Below are positions 1 through 10,120 of a DNA stretch of 64,000 nt, piece after piece (within the stretch, counting starts at the first letter, position 1; each line of letters opens with the position of its first letter). The position numbers were made by a program, and so were the translations under genes. The DNA comes from Candidatus Babeliales bacterium. GTDB taxonomy: Bacteria > Babelota > Babeliae > Babelales > JBFXEV01. The notes beneath the pieces are model-generated. The model had not been told where the DNA came from. It searched no databases and saw only the letters and a list, made by a program, of their open reading frames with translations. Where the stretch lies: NCBI GenBank assembly GCA_050179755.1, contig JBFXEV010000001.1:1225994-1289993 (forward strand), read 5' to 3'.

Positions 1-860
1 TTTGCATGAACAATCATTTCTCGAGCAAATAGATCAACCCCATTTTTTATGCCAGTATATGATTGTGCTGCCATGTGAAACGGCGAAGATCCAACACCAA
101 TATCATTTTTGATACGGCGAGGGTGATGATAAATTTCATATTCTGAATTATCTCTTTGGTCCTCTTGTGTGAGCGTTTCAAGATTAGCGCCACCATCGAG
201 CAATAGAGAAAGTGTAGTTGTGTCCCAATCAGTATCTAATGCATAATGTATAGGGGCTCTGCCAGTGTACGCAATTGTATTGAGCGGCACTCCGTGTGCA
301 ATTAATAATTTTAATGCTTCATGTGCTCTAAAATAGGCTGAAAGATGGCAACCGGTGATGTGGGGTGTGCCCATTAGGTTGGCATGTGAGCGAACTAGTT
401 CTTGCAGTGCATCTACATTATTATAAGATGCTGCATATTCAACCGGAGCTTTGCCATATGCATCGCGGTGGCTTGCATTTGCTTTAAATTCAAGTAAGAG
501 TGCGACTAGTGCTTTTTGCGATACACCAATTCTTTCAAAATCGGTAGGAGACGTGTCACATACTTCAATAAGAGCCGTGCGATTTTCCGCAAACGGTGCA
601 TCAACCTCTGCACCTTGCTCTAATAAATTGCGCAGTGTACTAACACTCTCATATGCATAATGTTGAGAGTACCCGTTACGGCTAAGAACATCTTGACGTA
701 AGAGCCGCACTACAGCAGAAGTAAACATCTTGTTGCGTTCTTCCTGTTTTATTGCTTGTTCATCTGATTCAAGCATATGGTCCATGGCCTGCATATTTGT
801 AGAACCTGTTAAGAGGAATAAAGGAGCAAGGAGAAAAATGCTATTTAATAAATAACGCAT
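1..860 (-). CDS. Ankyrin-repeat protein with signal peptide (partial; runs off the left edge; not in ORF track)
   Basis: Read manually from ATG at 860: MRYLLNSIFLLAPLFLLTGSTNMQAMDHM...LLEQGAEVDAPFAENRTALIE... (ankyrin-like); start overlaps the stop of the 845..2149 gene by 16 nt. Confidence 0.85.
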   Translation of the reverse strand, partial: MRYLLNSIFLLAPLFLLTGSTNMQAMDHMLESDEQAIKQEERNKMFTSAVVRLLRQDVLSRNGYSQHYAYESVSTLRNLLEQGAEVDAPFAENRTALIEVCDTSPTDFERIGVSQKALVALLLEFKANASHRDAYGKAPVEYAASYNNVDALQELVRSHANLMGTPHITGCHLSAYFRAHEALKLLIAHGVPLNTIAYTGRAPIHYALDTDWDTTTLSLLLDGGANLETLTQEDQRDNSEYEIYHHPRRIKNDIGVGSSPFHMAAQSYTGIKNGVDLFAREMIVHA

Positions 861-2149
861 GATTCTTTTACTTTGTCAGCATATAATTGAATAGTTGTTT
901 TTATGTTAGGCATCCATGCAGATGGTGCATCTTGTTCCAAGTTACCATAATACCCGGCTTTTAGCACATTCCAATTTGAAAGGCCATCAAGGTTATTAGT
1001 GCGAACTGCTTCTATAAATTGTTGTAAATGTTCATCATACATTGTATAGAGTAGGAGAGTATGTGATGAATTATTTTTGCTCTGTGCTTTGGCAAAGCAT
1101 TCACATTTATATGCAGTACTACCGCGTTCATTTTCAGCAGCAACTATTGTTTTTAGAAATGCCAGTCGTGTGGCTAGTAACTTATACGCTAATGGAAACA
1201 TTTTATTCTTTGAAGCTAAGACACAGACCAATACTGTTGGTGAAAAATGCTTGACTAAGTACGGTATGAGTGGTTCCATAATGCCATTGTGCAGATCTTT
1301 AGAATGAACTATTCGGTTTAAGCAACATAAAAAAGTAAGCATTCCTTTGTTGGTAATTGGTTTGCGGCCAGGAAAAAATAATGCATGATGCAAAAGAACG
1401 CGTTGAAGTGCTTGTGAATTCTTTGTTGGTTGTGCCACAAGATGAAAAACGGTAGAACCAGCTAGAATTAAAGTTGATGCGGTAGCATCTACTATTTCTG
1501 TAGTGCTTGTATCAAGCCTCGCTCCATGTGTTAACAGCACTGCAGCAGCTTTAGGTTTTTCCAAGTACACTGCAAGATGAAGTGGTGACATGCCAGATCG
1601 TTCAAGGCAATTCATATCTGCTCCAGCATTGCCAAGCCAAGTAATACACCTTACGCAGTTGTTATTCGCTGCTTTATGACACGGAGTCCAATCACGGTAA
1701 TTTCGTGCATTAAGATCACCCTGTGCATTTTTAAGTAATTCAAGAGCATGAACACGATCATACTGTGCTGCATAGTGTATGGGTGTTTGCTGTGAGTTAT
1801 CTCTAGCGTTAGGATCGGCTCCGTGCGCAAGTAATATGGCAACTAAGTCATCTTTGCCATGAGAAGGAACCTGCCGCGGATCTTTGAAATAACTTAATTT
1901 GGGATTATCATTCCTGGAGTTTGCAATAATAACAGCGTGCAATGCAGCCTGCCCCAGCTCATTTCGAGCATTCACTTGTGCACCTTGGTTTAAACACTGA
2001 GTAACTCCATTTACGTCGTTTAAAGAAGCATAAGTAATAAGACTTTCATTGAGTTGAGTTTGTTTTACGGGATCAATTTCTTTAGCCATTGCTTGTGCAT
2101 TGCTCGAGCTTAACGTACAGATTAGCCATAGTATTAACAAATCACGCAT
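845..2149 (-). CDS. Secreted ankyrin-repeat protein, C-terminus CVIY
   Basis: Ankyrin motifs GQAALHAV, QTPIHYAA, WTPCHKAA, MSPLHLAV; signal peptide ..AQA|M. Confidence 0.9.
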   Translation of the reverse strand: MRDLLILWLICTLSSSNAQAMAKEIDPVKQTQLNESLITYASLNDVNGVTQCLNQGAQVNARNELGQAALHAVIIANSRNDNPKLSYFKDPRQVPSHGKDDLVAILLAHGADPNARDNSQQTPIHYAAQYDRVHALELLKNAQGDLNARNYRDWTPCHKAANNNCVRCITWLGNAGADMNCLERSGMSPLHLAVYLEKPKAAAVLLTHGARLDTSTTEIVDATASTLILAGSTVFHLVAQPTKNSQALQRVLLHHALFFPGRKPITNKGMLTFLCCLNRIVHSKDLHNGIMEPLIPYLVKHFSPTVLVCVLASKNKMFPLAYKLLATRLAFLKTIVAAENERGSTAYKCECFAKAQSKNNSSHTLLLYTMYDEHLQQFIEAVRTNNLDGLSNWNVLKAGYYGNLEQDAPSAWMPNIKTTIQLYADKVKESCVIY

Positions 2150-3327
2150 TTTGATCCACTTCGGTTGAGCATTTCATCATAAGCAGCTTTAAACATATTG
2201 TTGCGAGCAATTTTATCTAGAGTGCCTTGCTCAAGCGCAGTAATAAAATTTTCCATATCCGTTTGCACTATTTCAGGAGAGAAATAGACGTGTGATACAT
2301 TACCTTTGTGCGTTTTGCTTTCAATTGCTGCAGCGGTATTTTTAGCGCTATCTTCTACCACCAAAATCTCGCGTAAGCGATTTGCTCGTCGAGTTAATAA
2401 TGAACGTGCTTGTGCGCGTGTTTGTTGGTCGCGACTAATAAGCATATCTACAAAAGAAACTCTCTGTGGATCTTTATTCCAAGGGTCAAAAAGGAGCGCA
2501 TGGCACAATAAAACTTTTTTCATGGCAACTCTGTCATGAAAGGCTGCTACATGAAATGGTGTTGCTCCTGTGGCAAATGGCAAGCCTAATCTTAATTTAG
2601 ATCGTTCGATTTTGGGAGCTTGTGTTGTGATATCAAGCTGCCCACCATGTGATAAAACTGTATGTAACGTGTCAGCATTTTCATGCCCGCCATGAAACGC
2701 TCCATGATTATCTACAATTGCCCAATGTACCGGTGCGCCGCCAAATTTATCAATACAATTCATGTTCGCGCCGGCACTGTGCAACCATGCAAGCGTTCTG
2801 AGTGCACGCCATTCTACGGCTATAGAGGCTGCAGTGCAACCATCATTAGTCTGCGCATCTGGATTTGCACCAGCTTTTTTAAGTAATTCAAGAACGGGAA
2901 TATTATCACGAGATGCTGCCTCATAGAAAGGAGTAGCAAGATACCAGTTTGGCGCATGCACATCAGCGCCTTGTGCAAGAAGATAGGCAACCAATTGCGT
3001 GCTATTTCCTGCAAAGGAGCATGCTTCATGCAAAGCGGTTTGGCCCCATTTGTTAGCCCCATTAATTTGAGCGCCCTGTGCAAGGCATGCTTTGACTGAT
3101 TTCAATGAATTTTGAGCAGCGCTCTCAATCAGAAATTCATTGAGCAAATTTTGTGCATTCTCTTCTGATTGCTCGTGTGTTTGTGCTGCGCCTAGGCTTT
3201 GCGCGGCTTGTGGTTTGCTCTGTGCAAACAGAGGAGTTCTCTCGTCTGGTACGTATACAGCTTCCATAGCTTGTGCCTTTGAAAAAATACATACAAGCGT
3301 AAAAATAACTTGTGTTATATGAAGCAT
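2134..3327 (-). CDS. Secreted ankyrin-repeat protein, C-terminus CVIC (CaaX-like)
   Basis: Ankyrin motifs GQTALHEA, ATPFYEAA, GAPVHWA; paralogue of 845..2149 (LNE.LI..A..N....V..CL.QGAQ.N); signal peptide ..AQA|M. Confidence 0.9.
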   Translation of the reverse strand: MLHITQVIFTLVCIFSKAQAMEAVYVPDERTPLFAQSKPQAAQSLGAAQTHEQSEENAQNLLNEFLIESAAQNSLKSVKACLAQGAQINGANKWGQTALHEACSFAGNSTQLVAYLLAQGADVHAPNWYLATPFYEAASRDNIPVLELLKKAGANPDAQTNDGCTAASIAVEWRALRTLAWLHSAGANMNCIDKFGGAPVHWAIVDNHGAFHGGHENADTLHTVLSHGGQLDITTQAPKIERSKLRLGLPFATGATPFHVAAFHDRVAMKKVLLCHALLFDPWNKDPQRVSFVDMLISRDQQTRAQARSLLTRRANRLREILVVEDSAKNTAAAIESKTHKGNVSHVYFSPEIVQTDMENFITALEQGTLDKIARNNMFKAAYDEMLNRSGSKCVIC

Positions 3328-3681
3328 ATTATTTTCCTATTAATTATAAGCGCATATGTTGCTTTAAAATTGGTTAATGTCCGGCTGAGTTGTGAATTGT
3401 CAATGCAACCAATACTATGCTGGCAAATTTAAGAGTTTACGAGGAGGCTGTTATGTTACTCTATTTTTCCTCACATGTATTTCAACAAGAACATAGTATA
3501 TTGAAAGTTTGCCAATTTGCCAGTCAGATAAGTCCGTAATTATTTGGCGGTGTAAGTATAATATTGCAGTATAATTAAGCTAATTTATTTAAGTAAACGG
3601 TATTTGCGGATCAATTTCTTTTAATGCTTCTGTGCACTTTGTTATACTACCCTCGAATAGTAATAAAATTATTGCAGAGGG

Positions 3682-4458
3682 TTGTGTGTTATGAAAATGT
3701 TATATGCATTAGTAGGTATAAGCATGTTAGGGCTGTCAGTAATGGTTTTTAGTAAAGAAGAGTTTTTAGTTATAGGGCACCGTGGCGCCTGTGGCTATGT
3801 ACCAGAAAATACGCTTTCATCTTTTAAAAAAGCGGTTGAGCTTGGTGTAGACATGATAGAGTTTGATGTGCATTGTTGTGCATCAGGCGAACTTATGGTG
3901 ATCCATGATAATACGCTCGACCGTACAACAAACACCACAGGTTATATAAAAGATTTTACCTTAGATCAACTAAATAACGCGGTTAACATAAAAAATTCAA
4001 AAGAGCGTATTCCAACGCTTAACGAAGTTCTTGATACTATTGGTCACGCAGCAATGATTGCCATTGAATTAAAAGGACCTGGTACCGCGCAGCCCGTCGC
4101 GCGTATTGTGCAAGAGTATTTAGATAAGGGGTGGCACTCGGATAATTTTTATATTCTCTCATTTGATCATCTGCAACTTCAAGAATTCCATGAATATTTA
4201 CCTGAGATTAAGCGTTGCGCAACTGTATATGGTATGCCACTTGAATATCCTCTCTATGCAAAAAAGCACGGCTTTAATGCCGTGGCAACATGTTATGAAT
4301 ATGCTACTCAACAATTTGTGGCTGCGGCGCATAAAGCAGGGCTTAAGGTATTTATATATACAGCCAATGATCCACATATTATCAAAAAGCTGCTTGAGAT
4401 TGGCGTTGATGGCATATTTTCAGATTATCCTGATAGAATTCAGCACGAACTGAAATAG
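3682..4458 (+). CDS. glpQ: Glycerophosphodiester phosphodiesterase (GDPD family)
   Basis: IGHRGA..PENTLSSF..A...GVDMIEFDV, IHD..LDRTT, ELK, GVDGIFSDYPD; start may be ATG 3691. Confidence 0.92.
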   Translation: MCVMKMLYALVGISMLGLSVMVFSKEEFLVIGHRGACGYVPENTLSSFKKAVELGVDMIEFDVHCCASGELMVIHDNTLDRTTNTTGYIKDFTLDQLNNAVNIKNSKERIPTLNEVLDTIGHAAMIAIELKGPGTAQPVARIVQEYLDKGWHSDNFYILSFDHLQLQEFHEYLPEIKRCATVYGMPLEYPLYAKKHGFNAVATCYEYATQQFVAAAHKAGLKVFIYTANDPHIIKKLLEIGVDGIFSDYPDRIQHELK

Positions 4459-4517
4459 AAAACTGAGCATCACGACGAATTTTATCATAATGGTGCATGG
4501 TTATCTTTGTAAGATTA

Positions 4518-6707
4518 TTATATTGTTTTCATTGCAAGTTCACGATACTCCAACCATTGCTCCACAATATTTTCTGGCCACGAAGCATTAATATCTGCCA
4601 CGTTGCCGTGTGCATCAAATATTGGCTCAAAATGCGGGAAAATATATGCAGTTACTTTTAAATTGCCAATAATTGCTTGTTGATTACGTTTAAGTATGCT
4701 TACATGTTCAGGCACACGTACGTTTCGTGCATACGTATCAAGCAGTTGTTGTAAACTTTGCCCATCTGCAGTGGAATGTATGCGCTGCACTTCTATTGCA
4801 AGGTCTTTAATAAGTTGCAATGTTTTTGCACGGTCTTTAATGACATACCCAAGTACCGTATATTCAGTGCCATTAATATTCTTTTTTTCTTCTTGCAAGG
4901 TAACGCCGCCATGATCTTGTAACCAATTGGCAATGGTAGTATTGGCTTGCGCATGAGCGCCCAACACTTTGGTTGCACCATCTGGCAAGTTTTGCAGCCG
5001 CTTGAGTGCCGTGTTTGCCATATCGCAAATCAACATATCAATTAACTTTTCTTTACCAATTTTGGCAGGCCATTCTTTGAAAAGATCTGCTGTTGCAAGT
5101 TCATCAAATGAATAAATACTTGTATAAAGGGCCAAGATTTCTGCACGCAGTTCTTCAAGCGCAGCGCCAGCTCCTGCAAAAAATTCATTTAAGTTTGCGT
5201 TGGTGACTGGTATGGTATCGCCAATGTTATGCGTTACACCATCAATAGTCATTGGGTCGCCAGCGCGGAACGTGTGCATATCAAGCCGCCCGCTGCCATG
5301 CCCAAGTGTTTCATGCAAAATGCAATGCACGTTCCAAATATCTGCAGATAGTTGTTGCTCAGGGTCATGGATTGCACGCCATTCAGCTTCATCTGCTAAA
5401 TAGGAAAGTTGTTTTGCAAGAACTGGGTTCAATGCAGTTCCAAGCCCCTTGCTTGATTGATAAATAATTTGCTTAGAACCATGTTGTGCTCTAATTTCAG
5501 GATAATTGGGCAAGCAATACGCAGCAACTATAGAAAGTGGCCCTAATTCACCTGAACCTACTGCCAAGCTATTAATTGATGCATTAGGAATGCTTGCAAG
5601 ATCATGCAAGTTAGTGCGTTTCCATGCTGCAGGGAATGGCAATTGGCTTTCAATGCTAGGCAATATACGGTTGAGTGAATCCATATCAATGCTTTTAATG
5701 GTAACTTCCGCTTGGAACATGCCGCGAAATTCTTTAGGGTCACAATAGTTTTCAATAAACCCAAAACAATAATCAAGGCGGCTTTTGGTTTTAGTCCAAG
5801 CAATGCAGTGCCGTTTAAATGCGTCTTCACACCCTGTGCGTACGTGCTCAATTAAATGAGTTAAACTTTCTGGAATATATTCATCAAAAATATGAGGATG
5901 TTTATGCGCATAATCACATGCTTTTTCAAGCCAATGGCATGCAACAGTAAGTTCATCTGAATATTTGCCACCAATTTTATAGCGTTCAACGGTGGGTATA
6001 CGCATGCCATCTTGGCAAGTTACTGAATAATAGGCATTCAAGTGTGCACGATCTTGTGCGCTTAATGCATTATAATCTTCTTCAGTAAAATCTGGTGCAT
6101 AAATATTTACCGCGCTTTGTTCTATGCTATTTGGCACGCATACAGAGTGTTCATGTGTGTGATCAAAAAGTGAAGATTCAACTTCTTGGAGTAATGAAAC
6201 ATATTTTGGTTCATCGAGAGCATGAAGCACTTGGTGAAAATTTTCATGTGTTAAATTAGTAAGGCCCAAGCGAGCAGGTGAGCGTTTTTCATTGGCATGT
6301 TCACGAATGAAATATTGGCCATGATTTGCCCAGAGATACACAAGATATGTTGTAAGTTGTTCAAAAAAAAGTTCATGTTGAGCAAACACGTGCACGCGAG
6401 GATCATTTTTATGCAGATATATATGCTCGCAAAGCTGTGTGATTGCATTGGCGTGTCTATGCAATTGATCTGCTATAATGCGATTACCGGGTAATCCTGC
6501 ACGGAATAAATAATACATAAACACGCGTTCTTCTGGTGTGAGGCTATTATAAAGATCTGGCAACGATTCATTATAACGAGTAGCAATTTCGTGAAATTGG
6601 TCAATAGTAGCAGGAGCGGGAGCAAGCTTTGGCACAGTATGATCCTTTGAATATGCAAGCTCTGCAATGCAGAGTAGTGCAAGGGCGATTATAAGTTTTT
6701 TTTCCAT
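4518..6707 (-). CDS. Dipeptidyl-peptidase III (peptidase M49), exported
   Basis: HETLGH (HEXXGH) plus EELRAE metal motif, GFIENYCDP, AHAQA; N-terminal signal peptide. Confidence 0.88.
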   Translation of the reverse strand: MEKKLIIALALLCIAELAYSKDHTVPKLAPAPATIDQFHEIATRYNESLPDLYNSLTPEERVFMYYLFRAGLPGNRIIADQLHRHANAITQLCEHIYLHKNDPRVHVFAQHELFFEQLTTYLVYLWANHGQYFIREHANEKRSPARLGLTNLTHENFHQVLHALDEPKYVSLLQEVESSLFDHTHEHSVCVPNSIEQSAVNIYAPDFTEEDYNALSAQDRAHLNAYYSVTCQDGMRIPTVERYKIGGKYSDELTVACHWLEKACDYAHKHPHIFDEYIPESLTHLIEHVRTGCEDAFKRHCIAWTKTKSRLDYCFGFIENYCDPKEFRGMFQAEVTIKSIDMDSLNRILPSIESQLPFPAAWKRTNLHDLASIPNASINSLAVGSGELGPLSIVAAYCLPNYPEIRAQHGSKQIIYQSSKGLGTALNPVLAKQLSYLADEAEWRAIHDPEQQLSADIWNVHCILHETLGHGSGRLDMHTFRAGDPMTIDGVTHNIGDTIPVTNANLNEFFAGAGAALEELRAEILALYTSIYSFDELATADLFKEWPAKIGKEKLIDMLICDMANTALKRLQNLPDGATKVLGAHAQANTTIANWLQDHGGVTLQEEKKNINGTEYTVLGYVIKDRAKTLQLIKDLAIEVQRIHSTADGQSLQQLLDTYARNVRVPEHVSILKRNQQAIIGNLKVTAYIFPHFEPIFDAHGNVADINASWPENIVEQWLEYRELAMKTI

Positions 6708-6821
6708 GAGTAACTCTCTTTAAGTATAGCACACTTTAAGGTTTTTTAGGCCTTATTATCCTAGCAAAAGGAAGGTAGCGTACACAAGAGATGGGCTAAG
6801 CGGCACCTGTATACCTGCAAC

Positions 6822-6849
6822 TTGCAAATAATTTCTATTTGTATATACT
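6822..6849 (+). promoter_or_regulatory. Putative sigma70 promoter
   Basis: TTGCAA-16 nt-TATACT upstream of SD GGAG and the 6875 gene. Confidence 0.55.
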
Positions 6850-6874
6850 AATTATATGAACTATTTAATGGAGA

Positions 6875-7414
6875 TTGATTATGTCAAAAGTATCAACCTG
6901 GGGCATGTTGGCCCTTACTCTTTCCCTGTCTTGCTCAACGCTGGGCATGGACTATATTCCAAAAGCTCTTAAATCGGGTAGGCTCTGGGGTGCTGTTGCC
7001 GTGGCTACGGTAATTTCAGGGGCTATTTATTATCTTGAATATTGGCAAGATGCGCCAAATCGCGATTTGTTTCAGGGTGTTTGCGAGGGTGATTACAACA
7101 AAGTAGCACTTGCGCTCTATGACGGCGCTGATCATTTACGCAGAGCAAAAGATGGCAGCACGTTGCTCCATTATGCAGTGCGGCGCGGGCATCGCGATAT
7201 TGTTCACTTGTTAACGGCAGCTTCACTACCTGGCAGGCCACTTATTAATATAGCAGATGTTGCTGGCAATACGCCACTTTATTATGCGGTAGAAAAAAAT
7301 GATGCATCGATGGTAAAATTACTTATCTTATCTGGCGCATGTAAAGAATGCACGTCAGACGTGCGCATGACACAAGAATTAGAAGAAAAAATAGAGAAGC
7401 TGGCCTACACTTAA
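6875..7414 (+). CDS. Small ankyrin-repeat protein with signal peptide and TM segment
   Basis: GSTLLHYAV, GNTPLYYAV; signal ..TLG|M; likely start ATG 6881. Confidence 0.85.
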   Translation: MIMSKVSTWGMLALTLSLSCSTLGMDYIPKALKSGRLWGAVAVATVISGAIYYLEYWQDAPNRDLFQGVCEGDYNKVALALYDGADHLRRAKDGSTLLHYAVRRGHRDIVHLLTAASLPGRPLINIADVAGNTPLYYAVEKNDASMVKLLILSGACKECTSDVRMTQELEEKIEKLAYT

Positions 7415-7475
7415 TAACCTTTCTATCTTAAATTTTTATGCTACACTTTTTTGTGGATAACAAGAGGGTTGTAGC

Positions 7476-7964
7476 ATGATTATTTTAGGAATAGATCCTG
7501 GCTTACGGTATGCTGGTTACGGTATTGCCAAAAAAGAACAAACAAAAACTTTTTTGCTTGATTATGGCTGTTTAAATTTGCCACAGAAAGAACCAATTCC
7601 TGTGCGCCTAAAATTACTTTACGATTTTTTTCTTGTAAAGATTATAGAATATAAGGTTACTGATCTAGCGCTTGAAACGCCATTCTTGGGTAAAAATCCT
7701 CAAAATTTTATGAAACTTGGTTATGTGCGGGGTGCTTTATACTTACTTGCAATAGAACACAACTTGGTGCTTCATGAATTTGCCCCACGTGAAATTAAAC
7801 AAGCGATTACCGGTTGGGGCGCTGCGCCTAAAGATCAAGTGGCACGTGTTATTCTCAATTTGTTTCCAAAAATGGATGCGCCAAAGCGTGAAGATGTTAC
7901 CGATGCACTTGCCGTAACACTGACTGGTCTTTGGAGATCAAAACAGATGATTCTCAGAAAATAA
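7476..7964 (+). CDS. ruvC: Holliday junction resolvase RuvC
   Basis: IILGIDPG, ALETPF, IKQAITGWGAAPKDQV, DVTDALAV. Confidence 0.96.
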   Translation: MIILGIDPGLRYAGYGIAKKEQTKTFLLDYGCLNLPQKEPIPVRLKLLYDFFLVKIIEYKVTDLALETPFLGKNPQNFMKLGYVRGALYLLAIEHNLVLHEFAPREIKQAITGWGAAPKDQVARVILNLFPKMDAPKREDVTDALAVTLTGLWRSKQMILRK

Positions 7965-7967
7965 TTT

Positions 7968-8186
7968 CTATGCTTTTCTTACCATATGCCATTGCACTGC
8001 ACCTTTACAATTACGGCATGGCGGGAAACGGTCGCCTTTTGCAAGAGGTATTTCACGTTGGTCTTCAGAAACACATCCTTTATTGTCAATGCCACATGCA
8101 GCATTATTAATGCGATACACGCCCGATTCTGGGCAAATTTCACCAATGTTAAATCTGCGTTGTATGATTTCATCTTTTTTTGACAT
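7968..8186 (-). CDS. YjzC-like small Zn-ribbon protein
   Basis: F..GEICPESGVY...IPLAKGDRFPPCRNC....W pattern; SD AGGAG. Confidence 0.7.
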   Translation of the reverse strand: MSKKDEIIQRRFNIGEICPESGVYRINNAACGIDNKGCVSEDQREIPLAKGDRFPPCRNCKGAVQWHMVRKA

Positions 8187-8358
8187 AGCTTCTCCTTTTT
8201 AAATAGGTAGTGGGCCTTAAACTTTTCCAAATACATCCTACCATATTTTGTTTCTAATACACAATAATTCTACGAAAATATAAAACTATCGCTCTTTCTG
8301 TAGTAAATCGGTTATGCTTAAACTATAAAGTATTAAAAGTAAAAAAAGGAGCAGGGCA

Positions 8359-10068
8359 ATGGCGGCATCAGTATACAAACGATTTACTAGTCTTATTTGT
8401 ATTACTTTATTCATGAGCACGCTACATGCAATGGAGCCGCAAAAACCATCGGCAAGTCCGTTTGCATTACGTAAGAAAACTGAGGTAAGGCTTCCACGTG
8501 ATAGCAGTACCTATAGTGGCATTGAAGAGAGTGATAGTGAAGATAGCCTTACTTTACCAACGAGCTCTTCTCAATCTACTAAAGCACAAACAACGGTTTG
8601 GGTTCCAGCGCGTATGCGAAAAAAGGCATCAGAATCATCTTCTTCTGTATCCCCAGAAGAAAAAATAGATGTAACGCCAACAGAATCACCAATGCTTTCA
8701 CCAAGGCCTGCGCGGCAACAGCAATGGGTATCTCCTCGCTTGCGCAGAGCATCATTGAAAGAAAAGAGTAAGTTTGCAACATTAAAAAAAGCTAAACCGG
8801 TTCAAGAAGATAAAGTGCAAGAAGAACCAGATAGCGCCCAACTTAATCGCAGATCCATGGATGTGTTGGAGTTGAGTAGTGGCAGCGTATTGCAACTGGA
8901 TAAAGAGTTCCATGCAAAATTAAAAGATCTTAATCCTGCGTTTCATGCGGCAATAAAAAAGGGAGATCTTGAGAAAGCATCATTATTGGTTCGCTCTGGC
9001 GCCGATGTGCGCAGCACAGATTCATCGGGACAGACAGCACTTGACTATGCGTTAAATGCTAAAAATTTGCAACTTCTTTATTTCCTACGAGATCATGGTG
9101 TTTCAGTGCCTACTGTGTCATTGCCAACAAGACTAAGCATACCTGGCTATAAAAACAATAAAAAAACATTAGTAATGAGGCCTGCAAAACTAGATGAAAG
9201 TTCTGACGAAGAATTAGCAATTATCTCTCCTGCTCTTTCGCCTCGCGCAGCACCAATGTCATTGCAAAGCCCCGGCGGCTATGATGAGCCAGAATTGAGT
9301 GCAGTGCAGGATGGCGATGGTTATTCCATGCCAGATTTGGGCAAGGCGCGTACAAGCGGCCTGAGACTTGAACGTAGCAGCGATACTATTGAATATAGTG
9401 ATGGGTCTATTATTCAACTTGATAAACGTTATCATACAAAGCTTAAAGGCTATAAGGCACGCTTTGACAAGCTTACAAAAAAAGCTCAATTAGACGACAA
9501 AGATTTTAATGAACTTAAAGCACTTATTCGCAGCGGTGTTGATATAAATGCGCCCAATTCAGATGGCGTGCCCCCGATAGTGCAGGCTGTTCTTGATAAT
9601 AAGTGGTATCTTTTTAAATTTCTCGTGAAACATGGTGCTGACGTTAATAAACAAGGCAAAAGAATTGAAGCGCGGTCAGATAATCCTACGCTCAAACGAG
9701 AAGTTGCGCAAGCTACTGCTTTATCAGAAGCGGCGCGCTTGGGGAGAGTGCGTTATGTGCAGTATTTACTTTCAGATGATGTCAAGGCAGATCCTAATCT
9801 TGCCGATGGTCATGGTGCTACTCCATTAATGATTGCTGTGCTTGCTATAGGGGATGCTGCCGTTACCATAGCGCGCTTGCTTGTTAACGCTGGTGCAGAT
9901 GTGTTTGCAAAAAATAGCCGAGGTCAAGATGCCTTGGCGTTTGGGGGCATGTTCAGAGCTAAAGAGAATTACTTGGATTATGTAGATCGCAAGCAACAAG
10001 AAGCGCTTGCCGGTAAAGCGTCGCAAAGTGTTGTTGAAGGCTATGTAGAAAGTGTTATAGAAAAATAA
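8359..10068 (+). CDS. Secreted ankyrin-repeat protein with long Ser-rich disordered regions
   Basis: GQTALDYA, GVPPIVQAV, ATALSEAA, GATPLMIAV; signal ..LHA|M; strong SD AGGAG. Confidence 0.9.
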   Translation: MAASVYKRFTSLICITLFMSTLHAMEPQKPSASPFALRKKTEVRLPRDSSTYSGIEESDSEDSLTLPTSSSQSTKAQTTVWVPARMRKKASESSSSVSPEEKIDVTPTESPMLSPRPARQQQWVSPRLRRASLKEKSKFATLKKAKPVQEDKVQEEPDSAQLNRRSMDVLELSSGSVLQLDKEFHAKLKDLNPAFHAAIKKGDLEKASLLVRSGADVRSTDSSGQTALDYALNAKNLQLLYFLRDHGVSVPTVSLPTRLSIPGYKNNKKTLVMRPAKLDESSDEELAIISPALSPRAAPMSLQSPGGYDEPELSAVQDGDGYSMPDLGKARTSGLRLERSSDTIEYSDGSIIQLDKRYHTKLKGYKARFDKLTKKAQLDDKDFNELKALIRSGVDINAPNSDGVPPIVQAVLDNKWYLFKFLVKHGADVNKQGKRIEARSDNPTLKREVAQATALSEAARLGRVRYVQYLLSDDVKADPNLADGHGATPLMIAVLAIGDAAVTIARLLVNAGADVFAKNSRGQDALAFGGMFRAKENYLDYVDRKQQEALAGKASQSVVEGYVESVIEK

Positions 10069-10120
10069 ATTTTTATTTTAAAAATTAATTAATTCCGAAT
10101 TATTAAATTATAAAGAGGTT

